NCBI GenBank assembly: GCA_963780185.1
Contig: CAWABA010000004.1
Coordinates: forward strand, 1-64,000
Source of the DNA: Candidatus Bathyarchaeota archaeon
GTDB lineage: Archaea > Thermoproteota > Bathyarchaeia > Bathyarchaeales > Bathycorpusculaceae
Direction: 5' to 3'
Length of the DNA stretch: 64,000 nt
Positions within the stretch are counted from its first letter, which is position 1. Every line of letters starts with the position of its first letter. The notes below the pieces were generated by a model. The model saw only the letters and a program-made list of their open reading frames with translations, searched no databases and was not told the DNA's origin. The position numbers and the translations under genes are program-made. Below are positions 33,476 through 43,986 of the stretch, one piece after another.

Positions 33476-34411
33476 TTATTGATTCAGCGTGCCTTTTTTG
33501 CCCGATGCTTTGAGCCTTTGTGACAGAAGGGGCAAAAGCTTCACCGCAACCACGAATGCCACGGTGGCGTAGAGGATTCCGCCCAAGATGTCGGTGAAGT
33601 AGTGTTCGCCAAGGTAAACCGCGCTAAACCACGTTCCAACTGGAATCGCCAAAACCGGGAGAGCCTTCCATTTCCAAAACCTGAACGCGAAAAGAAAAAC
33701 AAGCCAAGGCAACGCAGAGTGGAGACTCGGGAAGGCGGCGTACAGGTTGGGTCCCAAAAAATCGTAGAGGGTTTTGTAAGCGGGTACGCCTAAGCTTTTG
33801 TCAACTGAGGAGGACAGTATGCGGGTGAGACCGTGGCTTGTTAAGGCGGTGTTGAGCCATGGTGGCGCAACTGGATAAGCGAGAAAAGTAGCTAAGGAGG
33901 TGTACGTCACAACAAATAGCGACGCGGTGTATTTCCAGAAGTCTTTATGGTATCTTAGCCAGACGATAAAGCCGAAGGCTGTTGGGACAAAGAAATATAT
34001 TGTGTAGAAAAAGGCGCCTGTAAAATTTAGGGCAGGCGTGGTTAAGTAATGCTGCAGAACCAGGTTCGGGTTGTTTCCAGCGAAGAGCACCATGTCAAAG
34101 TTGTACGGTCCATAGTTAATGTGGAATTTTGAGACTGTTCCCACTAGGCCATTTAGTGTTTCATATGACACGAATATCAGAAGGAACGGCACCCAGTCTT
34201 TTACGAACCGCCAAATTTTCTTGCTGTAGGCTGCGTAGACTAGAAGAACCAAGACTGCGAATTCGGCGCCGGGAATGATGTCGTTGGTGAGTTCAAGGAC
34301 GGCAACTACTGCGACAAAGATGGCGGAGAACAGGACGGCTAGGATTCTTGAGAAATCACGGTCCGTTTTGGACTTCTCTTTTGGCGCCTGTTCTTCTTTA
34401 GTGTATGTCAT
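33476..34411 (-). CDS. PAP2 superfamily Aur1/IPC-synthase-like membrane phosphotransferase or phosphatase
   Basis: YPVAPPW, AAFPSLH and GEHYFTD motifs. Confidence 0.82.
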   Translation of the reverse strand: MTYTKEEQAPKEKSKTDRDFSRILAVLFSAIFVAVVAVLELTNDIIPGAEFAVLVLLVYAAYSKKIWRFVKDWVPFLLIFVSYETLNGLVGTVSKFHINYGPYNFDMVLFAGNNPNLVLQHYLTTPALNFTGAFFYTIYFFVPTAFGFIVWLRYHKDFWKYTASLFVVTYTSLATFLAYPVAPPWLNTALTSHGLTRILSSSVDKSLGVPAYKTLYDFLGPNLYAAFPSLHSALPWLVFLFAFRFWKWKALPVLAIPVGTWFSAVYLGEHYFTDILGGILYATVAFVVAVKLLPLLSQRLKASGKKGTLNQ

Positions 34412-34630
34412 AGTGAATTTCCCGTGTATTTGTCGCAGCAGTGTTTGTGTTAGCCTCTAATGCTTATTTTACGTAATCAACCTTCCGCAAAACACGCCGG
34501 CGAATGTGCTTTTAAGCCCGGAGCGCGCGCCGCAACAAAATTAAATGGAGTGCCCTAAGGAAAAATTTGTTTATTTGTGCGAGATAAAAATAAAAAAAGA
34601 AAGAGAAGTTTGGTTTTGTCTTGCCGAAGT

Positions 34631-37600
34631 TTACTGTATTTGTACGTTGTCGATGAAGATTTCTTGTCCGTATTGGGTGCGTCCTGTTAGGTAGCCGTTG
34701 CCTTGCAGTATGATGCTTGTGAGGCTGGCAGATGATGAAAGCCCTTGTCCTGTCCAGTCAGCGGGTAGGTTTCTGCTGAATTGTATCCATTGTCCAGCTG
34801 TGAAGGTGCCTTGTATGGTTCCCATGTTGATGACTTTCATGGTTGAAGTGCTGGTTGGCGCTGTTGCTGGACTGCTTCCCCACCAGTAAACCAGTTGTTG
34901 ACCGTTGCTTGCAGTCAGGGTTATCTGGAAGGAGTAGTATCCGGCAATTGAGCTTACTCCGCCGTTTCCGTTGTTGTAGATGTACATCGAAAGTGAGCCT
35001 GCAGCGTTAGGTATTGAGCTGAGGGCGATTGCAGAGCTAAATGTGTTTGTCAGAGATGCCGCAGCTGTTCCAGTGCCTGAAATTGTTGTATCTATTTCCG
35101 CGTATGCTCCTGAAAGTGCTGGTGCGCTGTCGCCTGTTACGTGGCTTTGTGCGTAGCCTGAACCGCTTGATGTCCACGGCGCGGTTTGGTCAAATCCGCC
35201 GTCTGGTACTTGGTTAGGAGTGATGGTGAATGTTGTTGTTGCTGAAGTGAGACCTGTGAACGCCGCTGTGATGGTTGAGGAGCCTGCAGCTGAGTCTTGG
35301 TAGTAGAAGCTGGCTGAGCTAGAGCCGCTTGCGATGGAAACTGAAGTTATCGGGGTTCCTGTGCCGCCTGCGTTGTTGTAGAATTTGCCTGTCGATGAAG
35401 ATGCTGTCAGCGTTATTGTTAGGGCTGAGCCTGCGTTGACTCCGCGACCGCTTGAATCCTGCTGAGCCACAGTTATCACTGATGAAACCTGGTTTACGTA
35501 GAGTGCTTGGCTTGTTCCCGCAGTGAACTTCAGTTGGGTTGCTGAGCCTGTAACGGTGAATACGGTGGTGGCTGGGGTGTATCCTGTGACGGATGCGGTG
35601 ATTGTGGGTGCTCCTTGAGAGGTGTCTTTGTAGTAAAAGCTGGCAGAATAAGGCGAAGATGTGCTGATTGTTACGGTTGTTATGGCGTGTGTTCCAGCGG
35701 AGTCAGAGTAGAATGTTCCAGATGGGGAACTTGAAGTCAAGGTTACGGTTAAGGCACTGCCTGGATTATGTGAATTGCCATTTGTATTCTGGCTTTGAAC
35801 GGTGATGGCTGCAGATACCTTGATTTGTAGGCAAGTTTTGAGTCTTGCCCGCTGTGAAGGCGAGTTGGTTGCCGTTAATTGTGAATTGGGTGGTTGCTGA
35901 AGTTAGTCCTGAGGATGAGGCTGTGAGGGTTGGGGTGCCGCTGCTGCTGTCGTAGTAGTAGAAGCTTGCTGAGCTTGAACCGGCTGCGATGCTGATTGAA
36001 GTTATCCTGTTTGATCCGCCGGAATCAGAGTAGAATCGTCCGTTGCTGGAAGATGACGCCAAATTGACTGTGATTGCTCCTGTGGTCGTCGGGTTGCTAA
36101 CTGAGTCTTGTCTTTGCACGGTAATTACCGATGAAACATCGCTGGTGGTTATCGATTGACTGATGCCTGCGGTGTAGACCAGTTTGGAGGCGGCGGCTGC
36201 GTTTACTGTTATTAGCGGGCTAATGTTGGTTACGGTGCCGTCTGATGCGGTGATTGTTTCTGAGCCTGCAGTCTTCAACGTGACGGTGAAGGTTTTTGTG
36301 CCAGAGTTAAGGGTTGAATCGCTGGGGAGAATTGCCTGGCTGTCGGATGATGTGAAGTGAATTGTTCCCGTGTAGGTTGTGACGGTGTTTTGTGATTCGT
36401 CTTGGGCTGTTACTGTAACGCTGAAAGATGAGCCTGCGGTCGCTGAAGTTGGGACGGTGATGGCGAATTGGTCAAGTAGCGGGTTCGGGTTGCTGGAAGG
36501 TGTAGGTGTAGCCGTCGGGCCAGATGAAGGTGTAGGCGATGACGTTGGGGGCGGTGTTGGGGTTGGAGTTGGGCTGGCAACAGTCAACGTGGTACTTACT
36601 GGTGAGTATCCTGAAGCTGAAGCAGTCAAAGTTGCTGAAACAACACTTGAGTCTTTATAATAGAAGCTAACTGTGCTTGAGCCGCTGCCTGTCGCTATGG
36701 ACGTAACTTGTGTGGTTCCGCCTGCATCAGAATAGAAAGCGCCGCTTGAAGAGGTCGTTGACAACGCGACGTTTATGCCGCCGGTTGTTACCGGGTTCCC
36801 TGAGCCGTCTTGGCACTGCACCGTGATTACGGAAGACACTGCATTAACCAGTACGTTTTGTCCTGCGCCCACGGTTAGGATGAGTCTTGGGGTTGTTGTT
36901 GAGACGAAGTTGGCGGTTATTGTTCCTGCGCCGTTGATTTGTGCGGTGGTTGAAGCAGAGGTTGGGCTGTTGATTTGGATGCTTCCTGTGAAAGTCCAAG
37001 ATGAAAACTGGTATCCGCTGTTAGCAGTAGCGGCGATGCCTAGGATTGTGCCTGTGGCAATTGTTTGGGATCCTGATGGGTTCACGGTTCCTCCGGTGCC
37101 TGCTGCGAGAACAACTGTAACGCTGGTGGGTTGTGTGCCAGATGAGCCAGAACCGTTTGAGCCCGAGCTAGTGGCGGAGCCGCTTGAAGTGCCAGCGACT
37201 TGCGCGGATGTTCCTTCGACAGTGACTATTTTGATTTTGTCGCCTGGGTTAAAGGGGCAGTTTATGACAAGTGCGACTGTTTGACCTGCACCTATCGGGA
37301 CTAATGCTCCTGTGGCAACATCTTGCCCGTTAGCTCTAAGAATGCCTTCAAGCACATTGTTGACGTATACGCTGCCATCCTGCTTCAGATGAACTGTGCC
37401 TTGGCCCGTGTTTTGGACGTAAACAACCAAGTTTCCTCCAGTTGTGTAGCTTTGTATCTGTATGGCGTTGCCCGACTTCGATGTGCCTGAGCTTAAATAA
37501 CCCATTATCCAAGCATAAGCCACAAGCGAAGCCACTACGGCTATTGCAATCATCAGCAAAACAGCTATTATCGGCGAGATTGCTTTGAATGAACGTTTAA

Positions 37601-37634
37601 ATCTAGTTAGGTTTTGCAAAATTCCTTTCTCCAC
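34631..37634 (-). CDS. Giant pilin-like adhesin (~1000 aa once the frameshift at ~35740-35830 is joined)
   Basis: Class III signal KA|ISPIIAVLLMIAIAVVASLV; four FYSD...SFYY-D Ig-like repeats; PT linker; C-terminal CBM-like beta-sandwich (FIDNV). Confidence 0.78.
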
Positions 37635-37810
37635 AAAAATTTTCGAAGCTTAAAAGTTAGCGCTTCTTTACTTTCTTCAATCAAACTTGCAAGCGCCTGA
37701 TATTTAAGAGTGTATAGAACAAAATTCCACAAAAACTCGGATAAAATCCTTAAAGAAAAAGAGAAATTTGTTGTTAGATTCCAAAAAAAGAAAGAGGGGG
37801 TTTGTTCGGT

Positions 37811-39880
37811 TTATGTTCCTTTGATTGCATCGACTATTATTGCCCAGTTGTATGAATAACCCAACGTGTAGCTGACTGACAGGTTTGACTGGGTTGTCGT
37901 TACTGCTTTGTATTCAGCGCCGACTTCGGGGTCGTTGGCTGTTACGGAGCCTATTGATGTGAATCCTGAGGCAGGGGTCAACGAATTTGAGATGAGGAGT
38001 TGGCGAACGCCTACGGATCCGATGATTAGGTCCGCGGAGTTTGTGGTTGTTATGCTTGCGCTGGCTGTGCTGGAGGAGCCTGTGTTTGTAACTGCGTTGG
38101 TTGTGTCAAACGGTGAAGCTGTGTTACCTACGCCGCTTATTGCGAACGCTACTGCCTGGCTGCTTTGACCACCACAGTTGACTGTGATTGTTACTTGACC
38201 GCTTGTGGTTTTCACTGACCAGAAGGTTTGCAAAGTTCGAGAACTACTTATTGCCGCTGTTGCCCTTTGACTGAAGGTTAGCCCTGTTGCAGAGAGGCTT
38301 GCTGTGCCGGAGCTGCCTGTTGATACTGCGACGTAGATTATGTCGTTGGCGTGTGTCGTAGTTAACGAGATTGTGTAGGTTGAACCGGAAGTGCGTTCTC
38401 CAGTGGCAGAGACATCAATTGATGGAGCAGCTGCTGATGACGAACTGAAGGTTGCTGTGATTGTGCTTGCTGCCGTGACCGTCATCGTTGTGGATGCTGA
38501 GGTTGAGCTGGCGAAGGTTGCTGACCCTGATGGGCTTGCACTCCATGAAGAGAACGTGTACCCTGTGCCTGCGGTTGCTGAGATTGCTATTCCAGTTTGG
38601 CCTGAGTCATACCATGCTGTCGAAGGAACCGTTCCTGAGCCGGATGGGCTTGCAACAAAGGTAACTTGGTACTGCGTCTTGAAGTTGGCTGCTACGGTTG
38701 CGGCTGCGTTTGGAACAGTGTATGTGTGTGATTGTGCTCCGCTGTCGCTCCAGCTTGTGAAGACGTACTGTATGCCGGTTCCGCCTGAAACAGTTGAAGC
38801 TGCAGCTATTGTGTGGGTTGTGCCAGGTGCCCAGTTGAAGATCTGTGGGGTTGTCGTCGGGTTTTGGCTGTTGTCAACTGTGATGTAGCCTGTACCTGTC
38901 GGGCTTGAAGTTACGGTGATGGCTACGGTGCTCTGGGCGAAAGTAGCTGTTATGGTGCCTGCGGCGTTGATTGTTGCCTGGGTGGAAGCAGAGTTCGCGT
39001 TGGCAAATGTCACTGAGCTTGATGGGGTTGCGCTCCACGATGTGAAAGCGTATCCGTTTGCAGCAGTTGCGCCTATAGTGACTGGATAGCCGACAGTGTA
39101 TGATTGGGTTCCGCTTGGACTAGTCGTTGAACCCGATCCGCCGCCGCTTGTGGCAAAGGTAATCGAAACCTGACTGGCCTGCGTGAAAGTTGCGGTTATG
39201 GTTCCTGCTCCATTAATAGTTGCAGTAGTCGCTGCCGAAGCTGAATTAGTGAATGTAACTGAACCTGAGGGGCTTGCACTCCAAGATGAAAATGAGTAGC
39301 CGCTGCTTGGAGAAGCTGTTATTGAGACTTGCTGACCGGAATTGTAGCTTTGAGAGCCAGATGGGGAAGTTGATGAGGAGCCTCCGCCGCTTGTGGCAAA
39401 TGAAACGGTGTAACCTGAGCCGTTGGAGCCTGAACCGCCGCCTGTTCCTTGACCTGTGACTTGCGCGAATGTTCCGCCGCCTGAAACGACTTTAATTGTA
39501 ATCTGTTGGCCCACTGTCCACGTAATAGAAGTTGCCGATAAATCAGCGATAAGGATAGTTGTGTCGCCGGGTGCAATTGTTTTGCTTGAATCAATAGGAA
39601 CCCCCTGATTGTCGATGTATACGCTGCCGCTTTGTGCAAGCTGCACTGATCCTTGCCCAACATTTTGCACATAAATAATCACGTGCTTGTTGTCTACTCC
39701 TGGAGCATAGCTTTGTATTTGGAGGGCTTGTCCCGACTTCGCTGTGTTGCTGCCTATGTAACCCATTACCCACGCGTAAACCACAAGTGAAGCTACGACC
39801 GCGATCGCTATCATTAGTAGAACTGCGATTATAGGTGAAATTGCTCGAATAGAACGTCTAATTCTGGTTATTTTCCGCAA
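37811..39880 (-). CDS. Large pilin-like adhesin with InlB B-repeat-like (GYxFxSW) domains
   Basis: RA|ISPIIAVLLMIAIAVVASLV; repeated GYSFSSW/GYAFTSW/GYTFSSW...ITATF. Confidence 0.8.
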   Translation of the reverse strand: MRKITRIRRSIRAISPIIAVLLMIAIAVVASLVVYAWVMGYIGSNTAKSGQALQIQSYAPGVDNKHVIIYVQNVGQGSVQLAQSGSVYIDNQGVPIDSSKTIAPGDTTILIADLSATSITWTVGQQITIKVVSGGGTFAQVTGQGTGGGSGSNGSGYTVSFATSGGGSSSTSPSGSQSYNSGQQVSITASPSSGYSFSSWSASPSGSVTFTNSASAATTATINGAGTITATFTQASQVSITFATSGGGSGSTTSPSGTQSYTVGYPVTIGATAANGYAFTSWSATPSSSVTFANANSASTQATINAAGTITATFAQSTVAITVTSSPTGTGYITVDNSQNPTTTPQIFNWAPGTTHTIAAASTVSGGTGIQYVFTSWSDSGAQSHTYTVPNAAATVAANFKTQYQVTFVASPSGSGTVPSTAWYDSGQTGIAISATAGTGYTFSSWSASPSGSATFASSTSASTTMTVTAASTITATFSSSSAAAPSIDVSATGERTSGSTYTISLTTTHANDIIYVAVSTGSSGTASLSATGLTFSQRATAAISSSRTLQTFWSVKTTSGQVTITVNCGGQSSQAVAFAISGVGNTASPFDTTNAVTNTGSSSTASASITTTNSADLIIGSVGVRQLLISNSLTPASGFTSIGSVTANDPEVGAEYKAVTTTQSNLSVSYTLGYSYNWAIIVDAIKGT

Positions 39881-40115
39881 AAAAAGTTTTCTCCTTGTCT
39901 ATTTTGGAGAGAGTAATCGCTAAAATGCTTCTCTCCAGTTGGAGCTAGTTAACTCCAAGCGGTATATAAGAATAGGTAGAGCATTGTTCCACACCCAAAA
40001 GGCAAAATTCATCTTTGTTTCACGCGGAAAAACAGCGGCGATTTGTTTCCGATAGGTTAAAATTCACCGCTAAGTTAACTAGTTAGCGATCAATTTTTGA
40101 GGAGTTACCGCTACA

Positions 40116-41297
40116 ATGGATCTAGCGGATGTACGTATTAAAGAGCATTTTGGGTTAGTCACCAACGACACAAACACCGCACAATTCAGTTTCTTAGTTA
40201 GCCCCCCAAAAAACCGTGAAACCATCGAAAAACACGACATAGTCTGCTTTAACCATCCCAAATACGGCGAAGCCTGCCAAGTCCTGGCTGAAGTTAAAGA
40301 AATAACTAGCTACGAAGAAGTTGCAGGCTCAACCATCGGTGATCGGGCAGGCAAAATGTTAGCCACTGCAAAAGTAATCGGGTACTTTGACCTGCGAAGT
40401 GACATTCGACCACTCTGCAAACTTCTTGCGCCGCCAAACCCAGGCAGCCGCGTCCATATGCCCTACGCTTCATTTCTGGAGAATGTGTTGAACCGAGGAA
40501 CAAACGGAGAAGCCTACTCTCAACCCGTTTATCTGGGAAAGACGGAAATCGTTGGGGCTTCACAGCAGGCAAATGACGTTCAGGTTAACTGTTACTTGGA
40601 TGCTGCCAACCTTACCCGCAAAAACACACTTATCTGCGCCATAGACGGAGCAGGCAAAACCCATCTTGCAAACACAATCCTCGATGAAATCGCCCAAAAA
40701 GGAAACCGCTCAATCGTAGTTCTAGATCCAAATAACGAATATTCAAAGATAGACGTGAATTCAGGTTCAGACCAGGGCAAACTATTCAGTTTTCAATCCG
40801 CCACAGCCAACTCAAAGACCCCTTCAGACGCGATTATGAGGCAAATTCGCAGTAGCCAAGTCACGGTGTTAGCAGCCGAAAACTTGACGCTTAACGAAAA
40901 AAGCACCTACTACACAAACATCATAAACCTGCTAGCTGAAGGTAGACGAGAAAACAGTCTAAGGCCATTTCTTTTAATTATTGAAGACGCAGAGAATCTT
41001 CCCCTAGCAGCACTTGAAGAGTTACTTTGCTCCAGAGTTGCAGCAATCCTTGTCACTTCTCACCCAGCGGGGCTCGGCGGCAAAGTCCTTTCTAAAATAA
41101 GCAACCAAATTGTCGGAAGAACCATTGACCCTGAGGACCTGGCTTTTCTTAAGAACGTAACTGAGGGCAGCGAAGATCAACTGTCAAGTCTGCGCGTCGG
41201 CGAATGGATAATCAACGGGTTAAGCATGATGCGTCCTCTAAAAATTCACGCTGGGAAAATCTCTTCAAACCCAACAATTAGCCAGGAGGTGAAATGA
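40116..41297 (+). CDS. HerA/DUF87-like P-loop protein with HAS-barrel-like N-terminus
   Basis: AIDGAGKT, VVLDPNNEY, LLIIEDAE, QIVGR and LRVGEW. Confidence 0.72.
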   Translation: MDLADVRIKEHFGLVTNDTNTAQFSFLVSPPKNRETIEKHDIVCFNHPKYGEACQVLAEVKEITSYEEVAGSTIGDRAGKMLATAKVIGYFDLRSDIRPLCKLLAPPNPGSRVHMPYASFLENVLNRGTNGEAYSQPVYLGKTEIVGASQQANDVQVNCYLDAANLTRKNTLICAIDGAGKTHLANTILDEIAQKGNRSIVVLDPNNEYSKIDVNSGSDQGKLFSFQSATANSKTPSDAIMRQIRSSQVTVLAAENLTLNEKSTYYTNIINLLAEGRRENSLRPFLLIIEDAENLPLAALEELLCSRVAAILVTSHPAGLGGKVLSKISNQIVGRTIDPEDLAFLKNVTEGSEDQLSSLRVGEWIINGLSMMRPLKIHAGKISSNPTISQEVK

Positions 41298-41300
41298 ATT

Positions 41301-41753
41301 ATGGCTCAAAAGAAGAAAACGTCAAATATCACAAACGTCCTTGCCATCGCATGCACCGTTTCGCTGATCTTCCTGAGTGCTTCATTGATTTTTTACTCCC
41401 AACAAACCAGCAACGTAGTCAACAAAAACAATCAGATAACCAGCCTCCAAGACAAATTATCGGCGACGAAGCCTAATCTCATAAGCATCAGTTTACAGTA
41501 CACGGATAACCGCTCTAACACAAACACGCCTTTCCTTCAGGTTTCAGGCTACGTGGTTAACGTTGGGAACGGCCAAGCAAACAACTGCACAATCCACATT
41601 ACCGCCTACCGAGACGGCAACGTAACTGCTTTGGAAACTTCCGCAACCATCCCATCGCTTGATGCAGGCGCATACGAAAAAATCAACGTGCAGTTCCCAT
41701 ACACGGGACAACCACTAGGATTCTACAACAGTTACCTAACATGGACAAACTAG
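41301..41753 (+). CDS. Membrane-anchored protein with coiled coil and CARDB-like Ig domain
   Basis: N-terminal TM; VSGYVVNVG...SLDAG. Confidence 0.6.
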   Translation: MAQKKKTSNITNVLAIACTVSLIFLSASLIFYSQQTSNVVNKNNQITSLQDKLSATKPNLISISLQYTDNRSNTNTPFLQVSGYVVNVGNGQANNCTIHITAYRDGNVTALETSATIPSLDAGAYEKINVQFPYTGQPLGFYNSYLTWTN

Positions 41754-42129
41754 GCAACTGCCATCTCCCATTTCCAAACTTAGGCTTTTTTAAACCTAAA
41801 CTATAAGCTGCAAGACCTCGCAAAAAACTTACCCGTTTTATAGACCCGCCGCCAAATCTACGAAAATTCTTGGGATAAGTCGAATCCATGGATCAATCGG
41901 TAGTTTTTTGCATGGCGAATTAAGATGCAATTCATGTTTCTGTTTACGCTTGAAAAGGCTTGTTTCCCAAAAAGTGTTTGATAAGAAAACCTGGCGGGGA
42001 ACTTGACAAAAAATGGTTAAAACTGAATTTGAATAGAACAGTTGCATCCGCTGAAGCGTATCCAAAGTAAAATTAAAGTTCGCCAATTGGACAAGTCAAT
42101 TCTTGGCAAAATCTTTTACTCATTAGCGT

Positions 42130-42615
42130 TTAAGCTGCTTGGAAAATGGTTGATTCAGTTACGCCAAGAGTGTTTACGGCTGTGCATGTTATAGATTGCC
42201 CAGACGTTGGCTGATAATCAATCTGTGTCCCTCCATCCTGTTGCTGCGTGTCGACTTTTTCGGTTGGGTTAGAGCCGCTATTTACAAACGTAAGAGTATA
42301 ACTTTGGCCTGCAGCGACGTTTACGCTTCCCAAGTCGGCGTACAAGTGTCTGCCGTTTGCGGACTCCTCAATTATCCAGAGTCGTGATAGACTGATGCCT
42401 GACCCGCCGTTGGCGGTGAGAGTTAGAGTGTTCTGATCGGTTTGCTGGATTTTGAACGTGGAATTTATCTCTTTTAGATAAAGCTGATTTGCATTCTTAG
42501 TTGCGGTGTCGTGCCACAGGTAAACGTTCGTGAAGAAGAATAGCAGTATCATAACGAACATCATTGTGCCGATTACCTCGGCTGTTCCTCTGCGGTTTTT
42601 AATAAACAGTCTCAT
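42130..42615 (-). CDS. Minor pilin-like protein
   Basis: MRLFIKNRRG|TAEVIGTMMFVMILL class III signal. Confidence 0.78.
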   Translation of the reverse strand: MRLFIKNRRGTAEVIGTMMFVMILLFFFTNVYLWHDTATKNANQLYLKEINSTFKIQQTDQNTLTLTANGGSGISLSRLWIIEESANGRHLYADLGSVNVAAGQSYTLTFVNSGSNPTEKVDTQQQDGGTQIDYQPTSGQSITCTAVNTLGVTESTIFQAA

Positions 42616-42630
42616 TCATTTTCCACCTTG

Positions 42631-43134
42631 CTACGTGCTAACGTAATGTACCAAAGCTTCAAAGTGTGAACCTCTTTCAGTTACAATCTTAAAATCATAA
42701 GTATTCGAGCTAACGAAGTTTCCATTGAAAAATTGGCCTTCAATCGTCACGTGACTGCCCGCCTTAACCTGAATGCCGTTGAAGTTGATTGTGCCAGTCA
42801 ACGGGTTGTTAAGCGCCGTGCCGTTAACGTAAATCGCTGCAACTGTTATGACTACGCCTGAATCGGTCCCCAAATTTGCCTGAGTTCCCGTGTTGTACAC
42901 CGTAATGTTCACGGTGCTAGAAAGGACGTTACCAGCAGGCTGAATCCAAACATCTTCCAACGTCATGGACTCCAAAATAGAGCCGCCTGAACCAGCCTTG
43001 TAACTGTCAGCGTAAAAAACAACGGAGGAAAAAACGATGGTCATCCCCACCATGACAACCATAATCATCAAAATCGTTGAAATAACGGGTGAGAGGGCTT
43101 TTTTGTTTCTGAACAGTTTCATCAATGTTTTCAC
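42631..43134 (-). CDS. Pilin-like protein
   Basis: NKKA|LSPVISTILMIMVV; VYNTG; IVTERG. Confidence 0.82.
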   Translation of the reverse strand: MKTLMKLFRNKKALSPVISTILMIMVVMVGMTIVFSSVVFYADSYKAGSGGSILESMTLEDVWIQPAGNVLSSTVNITVYNTGTQANLGTDSGVVITVAAIYVNGTALNNPLTGTINFNGIQVKAGSHVTIEGQFFNGNFVSSNTYDFKIVTERGSHFEALVHYVST

Positions 43135-43979
43135 ATCCAGGTCGGGGGAATCGAAATAAAGAAAATAGCGTATCCAACAACGCCTAAAATTATCGCGTGT
43201 TTTAAACCAGCGGCAACTCTTCGTTCAGCAAGCTTACCAGCAACCAATCCCCCGGTGACTGCGGAAACGATCATGTCTTTGTAGAAGAAATCTTTCAATC
43301 CGCCTATGGAACCTACGGAGCCTTGGCCAAGGATCTGCTGTTGCCCCTGCACTGGAGCAAAGAACGACTGCACCAAAAGGATTGCCACGACCAAAAATAT
43401 TGCGAAAGCCGTGTAAATGACGATTATGTATGGTTTCATCTGGGCGCTTGTCTCTTTATCCATATCCTTCATCTCCTCCATGAAACCTGACGTCTCCGTG
43501 AAAACCTTCTTAATTGTGCCTCCTGAACGGCTAGCCTCAAGCACCAAAGCGCAGAACCTGTTGACAATCGGCGAGTTGATTCGGTTTTTGAAGTTGATTA
43601 GAGCTTGTTCGAAAGATGCGCCCCAAGCCATTTGAACCGTCAACTTCTTAACTTCGTCAGACAGGGGGTGCCCGATCATTTTGTTTTCCACGATTTTTTC
43701 CAGCGACTTAATCAAGGTTAACCCAGTTTCTTGAGATTCTGAAATACCGCGTACAAGCTGCGGCATCTGGTCTTCTATCGCCGACATCCAACGTTGATTT
43801 TCAAAATCCATTACAGCCGCGGGAACAATAATGATGAACAACGCGGCAAGGAATATTTCGTTAGCGAAACTCGTTAAAGCATTGAAATCGGCGAAGGCGA
43901 GGACAGCGACGACTAAAATTACTAGTACCGAGGAAACCGCTACGGTCATTTGCCTTGTTTTCTTGGATATTTGACGCAT
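43131..43979 (-). CDS. Type II secretion system F / TadC-like pilus platform protein
   Basis: IEDQMPQLVRGISESQETG, MAWG, EASRSGG and MKPY. Confidence 0.85.
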   Translation of the reverse strand: MRQISKKTRQMTVAVSSVLVILVVAVLAFADFNALTSFANEIFLAALFIIIVPAAVMDFENQRWMSAIEDQMPQLVRGISESQETGLTLIKSLEKIVENKMIGHPLSDEVKKLTVQMAWGASFEQALINFKNRINSPIVNRFCALVLEASRSGGTIKKVFTETSGFMEEMKDMDKETSAQMKPYIIVIYTAFAIFLVVAILLVQSFFAPVQGQQQILGQGSVGSIGGLKDFFYKDMIVSAVTGGLVAGKLAERRVAAGLKHAIILGVVGYAIFFISIPPTWM

Positions 43980-43986
43980 TTTTTGT

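Noticed and set aside
34631-39880. Diversity-generating retroelement acting on the adhesins
   Set aside because: No reverse transcriptase and no adenine-specific TR/VR pair was seen.
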